DNA of 59,588 nt, from assembly GCA_964541395.1 (NCBI GenBank), contig CAZIPM010000001.1, positions 69,833 through 129,420 on the forward strand, read 5' to 3'. Positions within the stretch are counted from its first letter, which is position 1; each line of letters opens with the position of its first letter. This stretch comes from an uncultured Gammaproteobacteria bacterium (lineage in GTDB: Bacteria; Patescibacteriota; Microgenomatia; UBA8517). A program made the position numbers and the translations under genes. The notes under the pieces are model-generated. The model was given only the letters and a program-made list of their open reading frames with translations, did no database searches and was not told where the DNA came from. This document shows, piece by piece, positions 1 through 8,344 of this stretch.

Positions 1-750
1 AGACATTCAGCCCCTTATCAAGGAATGTTATTAATGTCTGATTTGTTGCTCCTCCTTTATGGTCTATATGAAACATTAAAAAATAAATTATCTAAAGAAA
101 AGTTGTTTATTTTGCTTTGGTTAATTCTTGCTCCTTTACCGGCTGTTCTGACACGTGACCAGGTGCATGCAGTTAGGGGACTTAATATGGCTATACCCTT
201 AATATTCATTATTGCTTTTGGGTTAAATAGTTTAATAACAAAAGTTAATGAAAATAAATATAAATTAGTTTTTATAATCGTCGGAGGATTGGTATATCTT
301 GGCGGAATTTTATATTTTCTTGATGCATATTTTATACACGTACCTACTCATAACTCTAAGCTTTGGGAGTATGGATATAAACAAATAGTTGAGACGATAA
401 CTCCTATTCAAGCTAAATATGAAACTATCAAAGTACAGCAAAGTTTTTCCCAACCTTATATATATTTTCTTTTTTACCAAAAATATGACCCTTCTAAATA
501 TCAAAAACAGGTCAAATTTGTGGAAAGTGGATTTAAAGGAGATGTTGGTTATATTGAGAAGCTTGATAATATCCAATTCGTTCCGATCGATTGGTCGATA
601 AATAGAGGAGACCATGGAACGCTTGTTGTTGGTGATGGTATCAGAATACCCATGAGTGATTCAAATAATCAAAAAGAATTTAAGCTCATTAATGACATTT
701 ACTATTTAAATGATCGTGATCTGGCCTTTAGAATAATTGAAGTGAAATAA
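1..750 (+). CDS. ArnT/PMT-like (GT-C, GT39/GT83-like) membrane glycosyltransferase, 5'-truncated by window edge
   Basis: Frame is open from base 1 (RHSAPYQGMLL...). Motifs WLILAPLPA..HAVR, YGYKQ and QPYIYFLFY..YDP parallel the next gene (WLIIAP..HALR, YGVRE, QPYILFLYY..YPP). Confidence 0.75.
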   Translation, partial: RHSAPYQGMLLMSDLLLLLYGLYETLKNKLSKEKLFILLWLILAPLPAVLTRDQVHAVRGLNMAIPLIFIIAFGLNSLITKVNENKYKLVFIIVGGLVYLGGILYFLDAYFIHVPTHNSKLWEYGYKQIVETITPIQAKYETIKVQQSFSQPYIYFLFYQKYDPSKYQKQVKFVESGFKGDVGYIEKLDNIQFVPIDWSINRGDHGTLVVGDGIRIPMSDSNNQKEFKLINDIYYLNDRDLAFRIIEVK

Positions 751-754
751 AAAC

Positions 755-2374
755 ATGAAGAATAAAGTTTTGTTATTAATACTACTACTGGCAGCCCTAT
801 TAAGGCTTTATAAACTTGACAGTTATCCATCCTTCAATGCAGATGAAGCAGCAATCGGTTATAACACCTATTCATTAATAGAAACTGGCAAAGACGAGCA
901 TGGGAATCCTTGGCCTATTCATTTTCAGTCGTTTAACGATTTTAAGCCTGGTGGATACTTTTATTTAGTTCTGCCGTTTGTGAAAGTGTTTGGACTTAAC
1001 GAGTGGAGTATAAGATTACCCAATGCACTTTTGGCAATTGCTTCAGTATATGTACTTTACCTTTTAGTCCTTAAAATTTTTGGTAATAAAAAACTTGCAC
1101 TAATTTCAGCTTTAGGTCTTTCTGTGTCTCCTTGGCATTTGCACTTTTCAAGAGGTGGGTGGGAAGTATCCACAGCAACCTTTTTTATTCTATTGGGTGT
1201 TTACTTATTTTTGAGATTTCTTGAAAAGAAGAAACTAGCGTTTTTGGCTATCAGTATTTTTTCATTAGTGTTATCGATGTACACCTATCATGCAGCAAGA
1301 ATTATTATTCCTCTTTTAGTGCTGGGAATAACTATTATTTATTGGAAAGACTTGGAGTTAAAAAAGAATATGAAGAATTATATTTTAGCAGTTTTATTTT
1401 TCATATTATTGTTACTACCACTAGTTAAGGATTTTATGAAACCTGAGGCAATTTCCAGGGCAGCAGGAGTTGGGTTGTTTGCCGACCCGGGTCCTATTTC
1501 GAGAATTGAGGAACAACGTACTGAACATGGTGATTTTACGGGGATTTTACCTAAAGTCATGCATAACAGGTTAGTAAATTATGGCTTGGCATTTATGGAA
1601 AACTGGGCAGATCATTACCACGGTCTTTTCCTTTTTTTATCAGGAGATGATATAGAGCGTAATAAAGTACCGGAAACAGGGCAAATGTATGCAATCGAAC
1701 TTCTGTTTGTGATAGTCGGCTTATTCTCTCTTATTAAAGTCTCCAATAAAGGAGTGAAGCTGATTATATGGTGGCTAATTATTGCCCCCACTGCAGCAGC
1801 TTTAACTTTTCAGTCACCACATGCACTCCGTGCCCAAAACATGGTTATTCCTCTGGTTATTATTAGTTCGTTCGGAATAACCACAATTTTTGAATGGTTG
1901 GATAAAAATAAGTATAAATGGGGAAAATGGGGGCTGTTGCTTGTTATGGTATTAAGTTTTGCAAGATATGAACATATGTATTGGAAGCATATGAGTAGTG
2001 AATACCCTTACTCATCTCAGTACGGAGTTAGAGAGCTGGTAAACTACGTAAACGACACTAGTAATAATTTTCGCAAAGTCTTGGTCACTGATCGCTATGA
2101 CCAGCCGTACATTCTTTTTTTGTATTACCTTAAATACCCACCGGAACTGTTTCAGAAAAATCATAATTTAACACCACGAGACGGATATGGTTTTTCAACT
2201 GTTAACCATTTTGATAAGTACTACTTCACAGCCATTAGGTATGATGAAGCCAGACCTGATAATCCAAATAGTTTAATAGTAGGGACGCCTGACAATATAC
2301 CTGATGAAGCAAATATAGTTAAAGAAATTTATGGAACTAATGGCTATAAATATTTTGAAGTAGTTGCTAATTAA
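755..2374 (+). CDS. ArnT/PMT-like (GT-C) membrane glycosyltransferase
   Basis: N-terminal TM then LRLYKL..P..FNADEAAIGYN (DE motif), FGLNEWSIRLP, SPWHLHFSR; many TM segments. Confidence 0.85.
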   Translation: MKNKVLLLILLLAALLRLYKLDSYPSFNADEAAIGYNTYSLIETGKDEHGNPWPIHFQSFNDFKPGGYFYLVLPFVKVFGLNEWSIRLPNALLAIASVYVLYLLVLKIFGNKKLALISALGLSVSPWHLHFSRGGWEVSTATFFILLGVYLFLRFLEKKKLAFLAISIFSLVLSMYTYHAARIIIPLLVLGITIIYWKDLELKKNMKNYILAVLFFILLLLPLVKDFMKPEAISRAAGVGLFADPGPISRIEEQRTEHGDFTGILPKVMHNRLVNYGLAFMENWADHYHGLFLFLSGDDIERNKVPETGQMYAIELLFVIVGLFSLIKVSNKGVKLIIWWLIIAPTAAALTFQSPHALRAQNMVIPLVIISSFGITTIFEWLDKNKYKWGKWGLLLVMVLSFARYEHMYWKHMSSEYPYSSQYGVRELVNYVNDTSNNFRKVLVTDRYDQPYILFLYYLKYPPELFQKNHNLTPRDGYGFSTVNHFDKYYFTAIRYDEARPDNPNSLIVGTPDNIPDEANIVKEIYGTNGYKYFEVVAN

Positions 2375-3763
2375 ATGAATAAAATAATCAAAATTTCACT
2401 GGCCATATTCGGCCTCCTTGGTCTTTTTAAAATATCGTCAATTATTCCTTTTAATAGGATGGCAGGGGATGATTACAGTTCAGCAATTATGGGTAGGCTT
2501 GGTTACTTACAGTCAATGATAGCAACCTATAATATTTCTATGGGAAGATTTACCGCTGTACTTATTGAAACTCCATTTTCCACATCACTTGCTCCTGACG
2601 GAAAAATAATGATCTACTCAATAATAACTTTTTCCTTTTTATTTCTTTCTATTCTCTTGTTAATAAAAAAGGTGTTTGGTTGGCAGTTTAAAAATATTTA
2701 CCTTTATCTCATCTCAACTGTCTTGTTTGTAGGTTTATACCAATTAACACCGAATAAATCTGAAAGCTGGTATTGGTTAACCGGTTCAGTTGTCTATCTT
2801 TGGCCGATTATACTTTTATTGTTTGCTGTCCCATATTTATTTGTCAATTCTATCAAAAAATCTGATTACCTGATCCCAACAGTATTAACATTTTTTTCGG
2901 TTGCATGTAATGAAGCTTTCGGATTGATAGTTATCAGCATATTAATAATTTCTTTTATTTTGTTAAGGAAAGATAAACAAAAAAGAAACATAGTAATTGC
3001 TATGTTGGTTGCCTCCTTAATTTCTTTTTTAATTATGTATTTGGCCCCCGGAAACGATATCAGAAAAATGAGTTATGGATCAAATCCAATGAGTTTAGTA
3101 GGAAGTATAATTTACTCAATCAGCGAAGGTCCTAAATTATACTTTTCCTTAATTACTGACAATGCTTATTTTCTAGCACCATTAAGTATTCTTCTTACAT
3201 ACGTTTTTGTTTATTCGAAAAGCTCTAATACAATTAGGAAGGTAAATATGGATGAATTAATGTTTAATAGCTTTATAATAATCCTTTTGGGAGTCATACT
3301 ATCGAGTATATTTATGCTTCCTTCATTTGTCGGACTAGGTAGAATACAACCTGACAGAAGTTCAGTCTCGCTTACCTTGATAATTATTGGCCAAATGTTT
3401 GCATTATCATATTATTTTTCCAAAATTGTTTCAAAAATTTCTAATATAGAAAGTTATTTAAATAAAACAGCTATATTTTTATCAAGTTTATTGTTGTTGT
3501 ATTCGTCATCTGTATTCACTAATACTTTTCCTCAAGATCTTTTTATCGCCAAAAAATATAGTTCAGAGTTTGACGCAATGATTGTAAAATTAATTGAAGT
3601 TTCGAAATCGGATAAACCTGAAATTGAAACGGAAGTTAGTTTGCCAGAGTCGGGATTGGTGGCAGGACTTATAGATCCACCCGGAGTATATTCATATAAA
3701 AATTTATCCCTTTCACAATATTTTAAAATAGGTAAAGTTAATACAGTAGAATATGAAAAATAA
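2375..3763 (+). CDS. Polytopic membrane protein, probable GT-C glycosyltransferase (DUF6056-like)
   Basis: GDDY in first loop, GRF, YWLTGSVVYLWP, CNE, LAPGNDIR motifs; about 11 hydrophobic segments. Confidence 0.65.
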   Translation: MNKIIKISLAIFGLLGLFKISSIIPFNRMAGDDYSSAIMGRLGYLQSMIATYNISMGRFTAVLIETPFSTSLAPDGKIMIYSIITFSFLFLSILLLIKKVFGWQFKNIYLYLISTVLFVGLYQLTPNKSESWYWLTGSVVYLWPIILLLFAVPYLFVNSIKKSDYLIPTVLTFFSVACNEAFGLIVISILIISFILLRKDKQKRNIVIAMLVASLISFLIMYLAPGNDIRKMSYGSNPMSLVGSIIYSISEGPKLYFSLITDNAYFLAPLSILLTYVFVYSKSSNTIRKVNMDELMFNSFIIILLGVILSSIFMLPSFVGLGRIQPDRSSVSLTLIIIGQMFALSYYFSKIVSKISNIESYLNKTAIFLSSLLLLYSSSVFTNTFPQDLFIAKKYSSEFDAMIVKLIEVSKSDKPEIETEVSLPESGLVAGLIDPPGVYSYKNLSLSQYFKIGKVNTVEYEK

Positions 3764-4622
3764 TATGAAATTGTCTGTAGTTTTGGCGACCTGGAATGAA
3801 GAAGAGAACATTAAACGATGTTTAGAATCTGTTAAATCTATCGCAGACGAAATAATTATCGTCGATGAACATTCTACCGACAGAACAAGAGAAATTGCAG
3901 AAAGATTTAGAGCAAAAGTTTTTTTAGAACCTCATCATGATATTTTTCACATTACCAAACAAAAAGCATTGGAGAAAGCGAGAGGGAAGTGGATTCTTCA
4001 AATGGATGCAGATGAGGTAATATCTAAAGAATTGGCAGAAGAAATAAGACAAGTAACAGAAGGAAAAAAAATAGAAATTATTCCAGAGAAGAAAGAACTT
4101 TTTATGGACCATCAAAAAATTATTGAAGCTAGGGATGGTAAGATAGGCAAAGACAAGGATGATGTAGTTGGATATTTCATTCCAAGAATGAATATGTTTC
4201 TGGGAAAACCCTTAATTTATGGGGGAGTATATCCTGATGGTGTGATCAGACTTGTCAGAAAAGGTTTTGCCAATTTTCCTCAAAAGTCAGTACACGAGCA
4301 GATAGAATTAAACGGTAGAGTAGGCTGGTTAAATGAGAGTCTACTGCATTATGACTCCCCCACTCTTTCTAAATATTTCAAAAGGCTTAACCGCTATACA
4401 GATTTGCATGCAAACGAATTGAGGAGGAAAAATGTAGCCAAAAATGTCATCGGTTTCTTAAAATATATTTTTATCAAACCGATTTATACATTTTTAAATA
4501 TATTTATTAGACACAGGGGATTTATTGATGGAGTTAATGGATTTATCTGGGCTTTTTTCAGCAGTCTACATTTTCCAGTTGCCTACTTTAAATATATGAC
4601 CGATAATAAACATGAATTATGA
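3753..4622 (+). CDS. GT2 glycosyltransferase (KdtX/LgtF-like beta-glucosyltransferase group)
   Basis: LSVVLATWNEE, IIVDEHSTDRT, WILQMDADE, VHE, LLHY, RGFIDG; start could be 3765. Confidence 0.85.
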   Translation: MKNNMKLSVVLATWNEEENIKRCLESVKSIADEIIIVDEHSTDRTREIAERFRAKVFLEPHHDIFHITKQKALEKARGKWILQMDADEVISKELAEEIRQVTEGKKIEIIPEKKELFMDHQKIIEARDGKIGKDKDDVVGYFIPRMNMFLGKPLIYGGVYPDGVIRLVRKGFANFPQKSVHEQIELNGRVGWLNESLLHYDSPTLSKYFKRLNRYTDLHANELRRKNVAKNVIGFLKYIFIKPIYTFLNIFIRHRGFIDGVNGFIWAFFSSLHFPVAYFKYMTDNKHEL

Positions 4623-5458
4623 AATATGAAATAAATGGCCAAACTAAAGTAATCGGACGTTTCCACTCAATTAACAGCTCGAGAGGATTGAATATTTATA
4701 ATCCTTTATTTATAGAACTTGGTATTAACTCAGTATATTTGCTTTTTTATAATAAGAACCCAAAAATATTGTTTGACGGTTTAAGAAATCTTAATTTGAT
4801 GGGTGCTATTACAGTAGGTTTTGAAACCGACAAAAGATTAGCACAATTAGTAGATAAATTTGATGATGTCTCAAAGTATTTGGGGAAAGTTGGTTTTGTT
4901 AAAAATATAAAAGGTGTTTTACATGCCTATTATCAAGGAGGTGAAGGTATGTATAGGACTATTAGACATGTCACTCAAATTAAGAATAAAAAAATGATAA
5001 TAGTTGGTGCAGGACAGGTAGCAAAAGCTCTACTTTTTATCATGAATAAATTCAATGATACACCTACAGAGGTTGTAATTTATAATCGAGATTTAAAAAA
5101 AGCTAAGAATTTGTCTAAGGAATATAAATTTATTAAAAATACTTATTCTTTAAATAAGTTAATAAATGCAAAAGGAGATATTTTGGTAAATTTAACAAAT
5201 CTCGGTGGCGATGTTAAAGATAACTTATTTAATAAAGAAATAGTTGGAAAGTACAAAACAATAATTGACGTAACTTTTGAAACAGAAAATACAAACCTTA
5301 TTAAATTAGCAAAGAAATTAAAGAAAACATATTCAACAGGCTGGGATATGTTTGCTTATCAAGGTCAAGTTGTGCTTGAGACATTACTTGATACTAAAAT
5401 ACCATATAATGTATTAAAGAAACATGTGCGAAACGGTTTACGCCATGTTGTGAAATAA
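4619..5458 (+). CDS. Shikimate dehydrogenase (AroE)-fold oxidoreductase with divergent substrate site
   Basis: INGQTKVIG start, IVGAGQVAKA, IYNR, NLT, T.LIKLAKK, GWDMFAYQG are AroE-like; the NVT.P.K and NTD motifs are not conserved. Confidence 0.7.
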   Translation: MKYEINGQTKVIGRFHSINSSRGLNIYNPLFIELGINSVYLLFYNKNPKILFDGLRNLNLMGAITVGFETDKRLAQLVDKFDDVSKYLGKVGFVKNIKGVLHAYYQGGEGMYRTIRHVTQIKNKKMIIVGAGQVAKALLFIMNKFNDTPTEVVIYNRDLKKAKNLSKEYKFIKNTYSLNKLINAKGDILVNLTNLGGDVKDNLFNKEIVGKYKTIIDVTFETENTNLIKLAKKLKKTYSTGWDMFAYQGQVVLETLLDTKIPYNVLKKHVRNGLRHVVK

Positions 5459-5460
5459 AA

Positions 5461-6189
5461 ATGAATTTAAAAAATAAAATAGCTATTGTTACCGGTGGTA
5501 GTAGTGGAATTGGACAAGCTATTTGTATTGCTTTGGCAAAAGAAGGATGCAAAGTTGTATTTACATATAATTCAAATGAAAAAGGTGCCAATGAAACTTT
5601 AAAAGAATTAGGAGAGAAGGGTATTAAATTTAATGTTGATTCGAGAAAGGAAGAAGACATTAAAAAATTGTTTGAATTTGTTGCAAAAGAACTCAAACAT
5701 CTTGATATTTTAGTAAATAATGCCGGCAAAACATTAATGGGAGATAATTTAGATATAAAACTTTGGAGAGAAGTTTTTGATATAACTTTATTCCCAATTA
5801 TTATAACAACATCAGAAGCAATTAAACTAATGAATGGTATGGGAAAAATCTTGAACATATCTTCAATTTTTGGTGATGATCATGCTAATAATAAAAAATT
5901 TGCTCCATTTGGCGCAGCAAAAGCTGCAATGAATAACTTTACAAGTACTATGGCTAAAAATTTGGCTCCAGGAATTCTTGTGAATGCTATCATACCAGGA
6001 TATGTACTGACCCCATTATGGGGAAATATGAGTGAGGAAGATATTAAATCAAATTCGTCGGAACAGTTAATTAACAGATTTATAAAACCTGAAGAAATTG
6101 CAGAAATGAGTCTAGCTATCATTAAAAATGATGCGATGACTGGCGAAGTGGTTGTAGTTGATGGGGGTCTGTCGTTAAAAACTATATGA
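5461..6189 (+). CDS. SDR family oxidoreductase (FabG-like) with Phe at the catalytic Tyr position
   Basis: TGGSSGIG, LDILVNNAG, NISS, FGAAK (in place of YxxxK), VNAIIPG, TGEVVVVDGG. Confidence 0.85.
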   Translation: MNLKNKIAIVTGGSSGIGQAICIALAKEGCKVVFTYNSNEKGANETLKELGEKGIKFNVDSRKEEDIKKLFEFVAKELKHLDILVNNAGKTLMGDNLDIKLWREVFDITLFPIIITTSEAIKLMNGMGKILNISSIFGDDHANNKKFAPFGAAKAAMNNFTSTMAKNLAPGILVNAIIPGYVLTPLWGNMSEEDIKSNSSEQLINRFIKPEEIAEMSLAIIKNDAMTGEVVVVDGGLSLKTI

Positions 6190-6644
6190 AATTAAATAAT
6201 AAAGACAAAAAAGAAATATTGGAATATTTAGGAAAACATAAATTAATGTCTGTGGGGACATATTACCGTTTACCTTGGGCAGCAAATGTCTATTATTTGT
6301 ACGATGATAATTTTAATTTCTATTTTGTAAGCGGTCCCAATAGGCTACACTGCCAGAATATTGTAAAGAATCCAAAAGTATCTATCACAATAGCCAATAG
6401 TCAGCAGGACCCTAAAGGTAAAAAAGTTGGATTCCAAGCAAGAGGGTTCGCCAAAAAAGTGTCTTCTGTTTCTGAGTTGAAAGAGATAATCAAATCCTGG
6501 AACAAAAGGGGATTTGTTCCTGTTACTTATTCAGTTTTTAAAAAAGCATGGAAATCAAGATTTTATAAAATTAAAGTGACTGACCTTCAGATGTTTGATG
6601 AGAATCAGTCAAAAGAATTAGAAACGAGAAATTGGAAGGTATGA
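6186..6644 (+). CDS. Pyridoxamine 5'-phosphate oxidase-like (flavin split-barrel, YhbP-like) protein
   Basis: MSVGT..PWAANVYY, FYFVS...HCQNI.KNPKVSITI, GFQARG. Confidence 0.75.
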   Translation: MKLNNKDKKEILEYLGKHKLMSVGTYYRLPWAANVYYLYDDNFNFYFVSGPNRLHCQNIVKNPKVSITIANSQQDPKGKKVGFQARGFAKKVSSVSELKEIIKSWNKRGFVPVTYSVFKKAWKSRFYKIKVTDLQMFDENQSKELETRNWKV

Positions 6645-7390
6645 ATTTACAAAACAAAGTTGTTGTGGTTACCGGTGCAACAGGTGGAGTTGGCAGGGAG
6701 TTGGTTAAAAAACTGGATTTATTTGGTGCAGAACTGATATTAATATCAAAAACAGAGAGTGAACTTCAGAACTTAGTTAAAAGTTTAAAAGGCAGAAAAC
6801 ATAAATTTTATGTTTGTGATTTTGCAGATCAGCAAAAAACAATTAAGGTTGCACAAAAAATAAATAAGGATATTGAAAAAATTGACATTTTAATTAACGG
6901 AGCTGGAATAGGAATTTACAAACCAATTGATGAACTGACTGTAGATGAATGGAATAAGTCTTTGGAAATTATGGTTTCGGCTCCATTTATATTTATTAAG
7001 TACTTACTTGAAAATTTAATGAAGTCTAGTGATTCTCTCGTTTTAAATATCGGCTCAGGAGCAGGAGTAATACCTATGGCAGGAAGAAGCGCCTATTGTG
7101 CCTCTAAATTTGCCCTAAGAGGATTTACATTAAGTCTTTCCGAAGAATATAAAAGAATAGGTAATCCGAAATTCTGTCTGATAACTTTAGGTAGTACATT
7201 AACAAGTTTTGGTCCAATGAATTTTGGTGATAAAAAGGAGGAAATGGAAAAAGGTAAGGCTTATTTTACACCGAATTGGGTAACGCAAAAACTTACAGAA
7301 ATTATTAAAGATGACAAAAGAGAAATTGAATACACACTATACCCCGGAGAATATGGATTAGGTGAATGGAAAAAACCAGAACCTATTTAA
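6641..7390 (+). CDS. SDR family oxidoreductase
   Basis: TGATGGVG, IDILINGAG, NIGS, YCASK; ATG at 6641 overlaps the upstream TGA (ATGA). Confidence 0.85.
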   Translation: MNLQNKVVVVTGATGGVGRELVKKLDLFGAELILISKTESELQNLVKSLKGRKHKFYVCDFADQQKTIKVAQKINKDIEKIDILINGAGIGIYKPIDELTVDEWNKSLEIMVSAPFIFIKYLLENLMKSSDSLVLNIGSGAGVIPMAGRSAYCASKFALRGFTLSLSEEYKRIGNPKFCLITLGSTLTSFGPMNFGDKKEEMEKGKAYFTPNWVTQKLTEIIKDDKREIEYTLYPGEYGLGEWKKPEPI

Positions 7391-8030
7391 ATAATTTTGA
7401 TGTAAATTTAGAAGACTCTCTAAATAACAAATTTTTAATAACATCTATACTAATCTGATCATTAAGAAATCTAATACCATAATCTTCGATATCGTCCCAA
7501 TAGGTTAGTTGTTCAATAAATAGCTTTTCGGAAAAGCCATTTTTAAATTTCTGTTTTGATATAGATATTATTTCTTCTAGCTTTAAATATTTATTTTTAA
7601 TTAAAAAATATATATCTACATAATCTCGCCATTTAGGCCGTCTACCAATTGTAAATGCTTTATTTGCTGCAATATCACGAATATCCATCAAATCGATATA
7701 CTCTGTGTGTATGGGTTTATATAATGATTTGTAGTCATCTTTAAAAAGGGTTATATATACAGATGTAGGTGTTGTCATATTCAACTGATCTTCAGTGTCA
7801 AGATATCTATTTGAAGATTTGCCAAACACTTTTCTTAGTTTCAACCACAATGAACGGTTTAGTTTACGGAAAGTAAATATATCAAAATCGTACGAAACTC
7901 GATGTCCAATTTGTAACGCCAAAGCAGTTCCACCGCCCAAGACCCCAAGCTTTTTAAAGTTCTTAAGCTTATGAAAGACTTCTAGTTTTTCTTTATCTAA
8001 TGATTCTAGGAAAAGTTTTGACATAGTCAT
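7383..8030 (-). CDS. AbiEii/AbiGii-family nucleotidyltransferase (type IV TA toxin-like)
   Basis: LGGGTALALQIGHRVSYDFDIF, DIAANKA, R..WRDYVDIY. Confidence 0.85.
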   Translation of the reverse strand: MTMSKLFLESLDKEKLEVFHKLKNFKKLGVLGGGTALALQIGHRVSYDFDIFTFRKLNRSLWLKLRKVFGKSSNRYLDTEDQLNMTTPTSVYITLFKDDYKSLYKPIHTEYIDLMDIRDIAANKAFTIGRRPKWRDYVDIYFLIKNKYLKLEEIISISKQKFKNGFSEKLFIEQLTYWDDIEDYGIRFLNDQISIDVIKNLLFRESSKFTSKLFK

Positions 8031-8298
8031 GTTTGTTTATCGACGAATTCGGGATATTTAATAAAACTTTCTGGACAAAATTAAACGACCGTTCAGAATA
8101 ATCCTTTTCAGGGTGTTTTATAAACACTTCCCTTATTTGATTCTTATCATAGTTTTGTGTAAGCCAAGTCAAATGTTCCCATCCCCCATATGCCAAAATT
8201 TGATGAATAATATAGCTCTTATCTTTTTTTAGATCGATTTCGTTTATGTCTCTACTCCACAATATACCTCTGAGGTTTTTTGGTAGTTTACTTGGCAT
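7993..8298 (-). CDS. Small cognate partner of the AbiEii gene (DUF6922-like, putative antitoxin)
   Basis: LWS.D...IDL.KDK.YIIHQILAYG pattern; lies upstream of and overlaps the nucleotidyltransferase gene. Confidence 0.7.
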   Translation of the reverse strand: MPSKLPKNLRGILWSRDINEIDLKKDKSYIIHQILAYGGWEHLTWLTQNYDKNQIREVFIKHPEKDYSERSFNFVQKVLLNIPNSSINKHDYVKTFPRIIR

Positions 8299-8344
8299 GA
8301 CAGCTATATTTTAACACATTTTATGTTATTATTGGCTTATCTAA

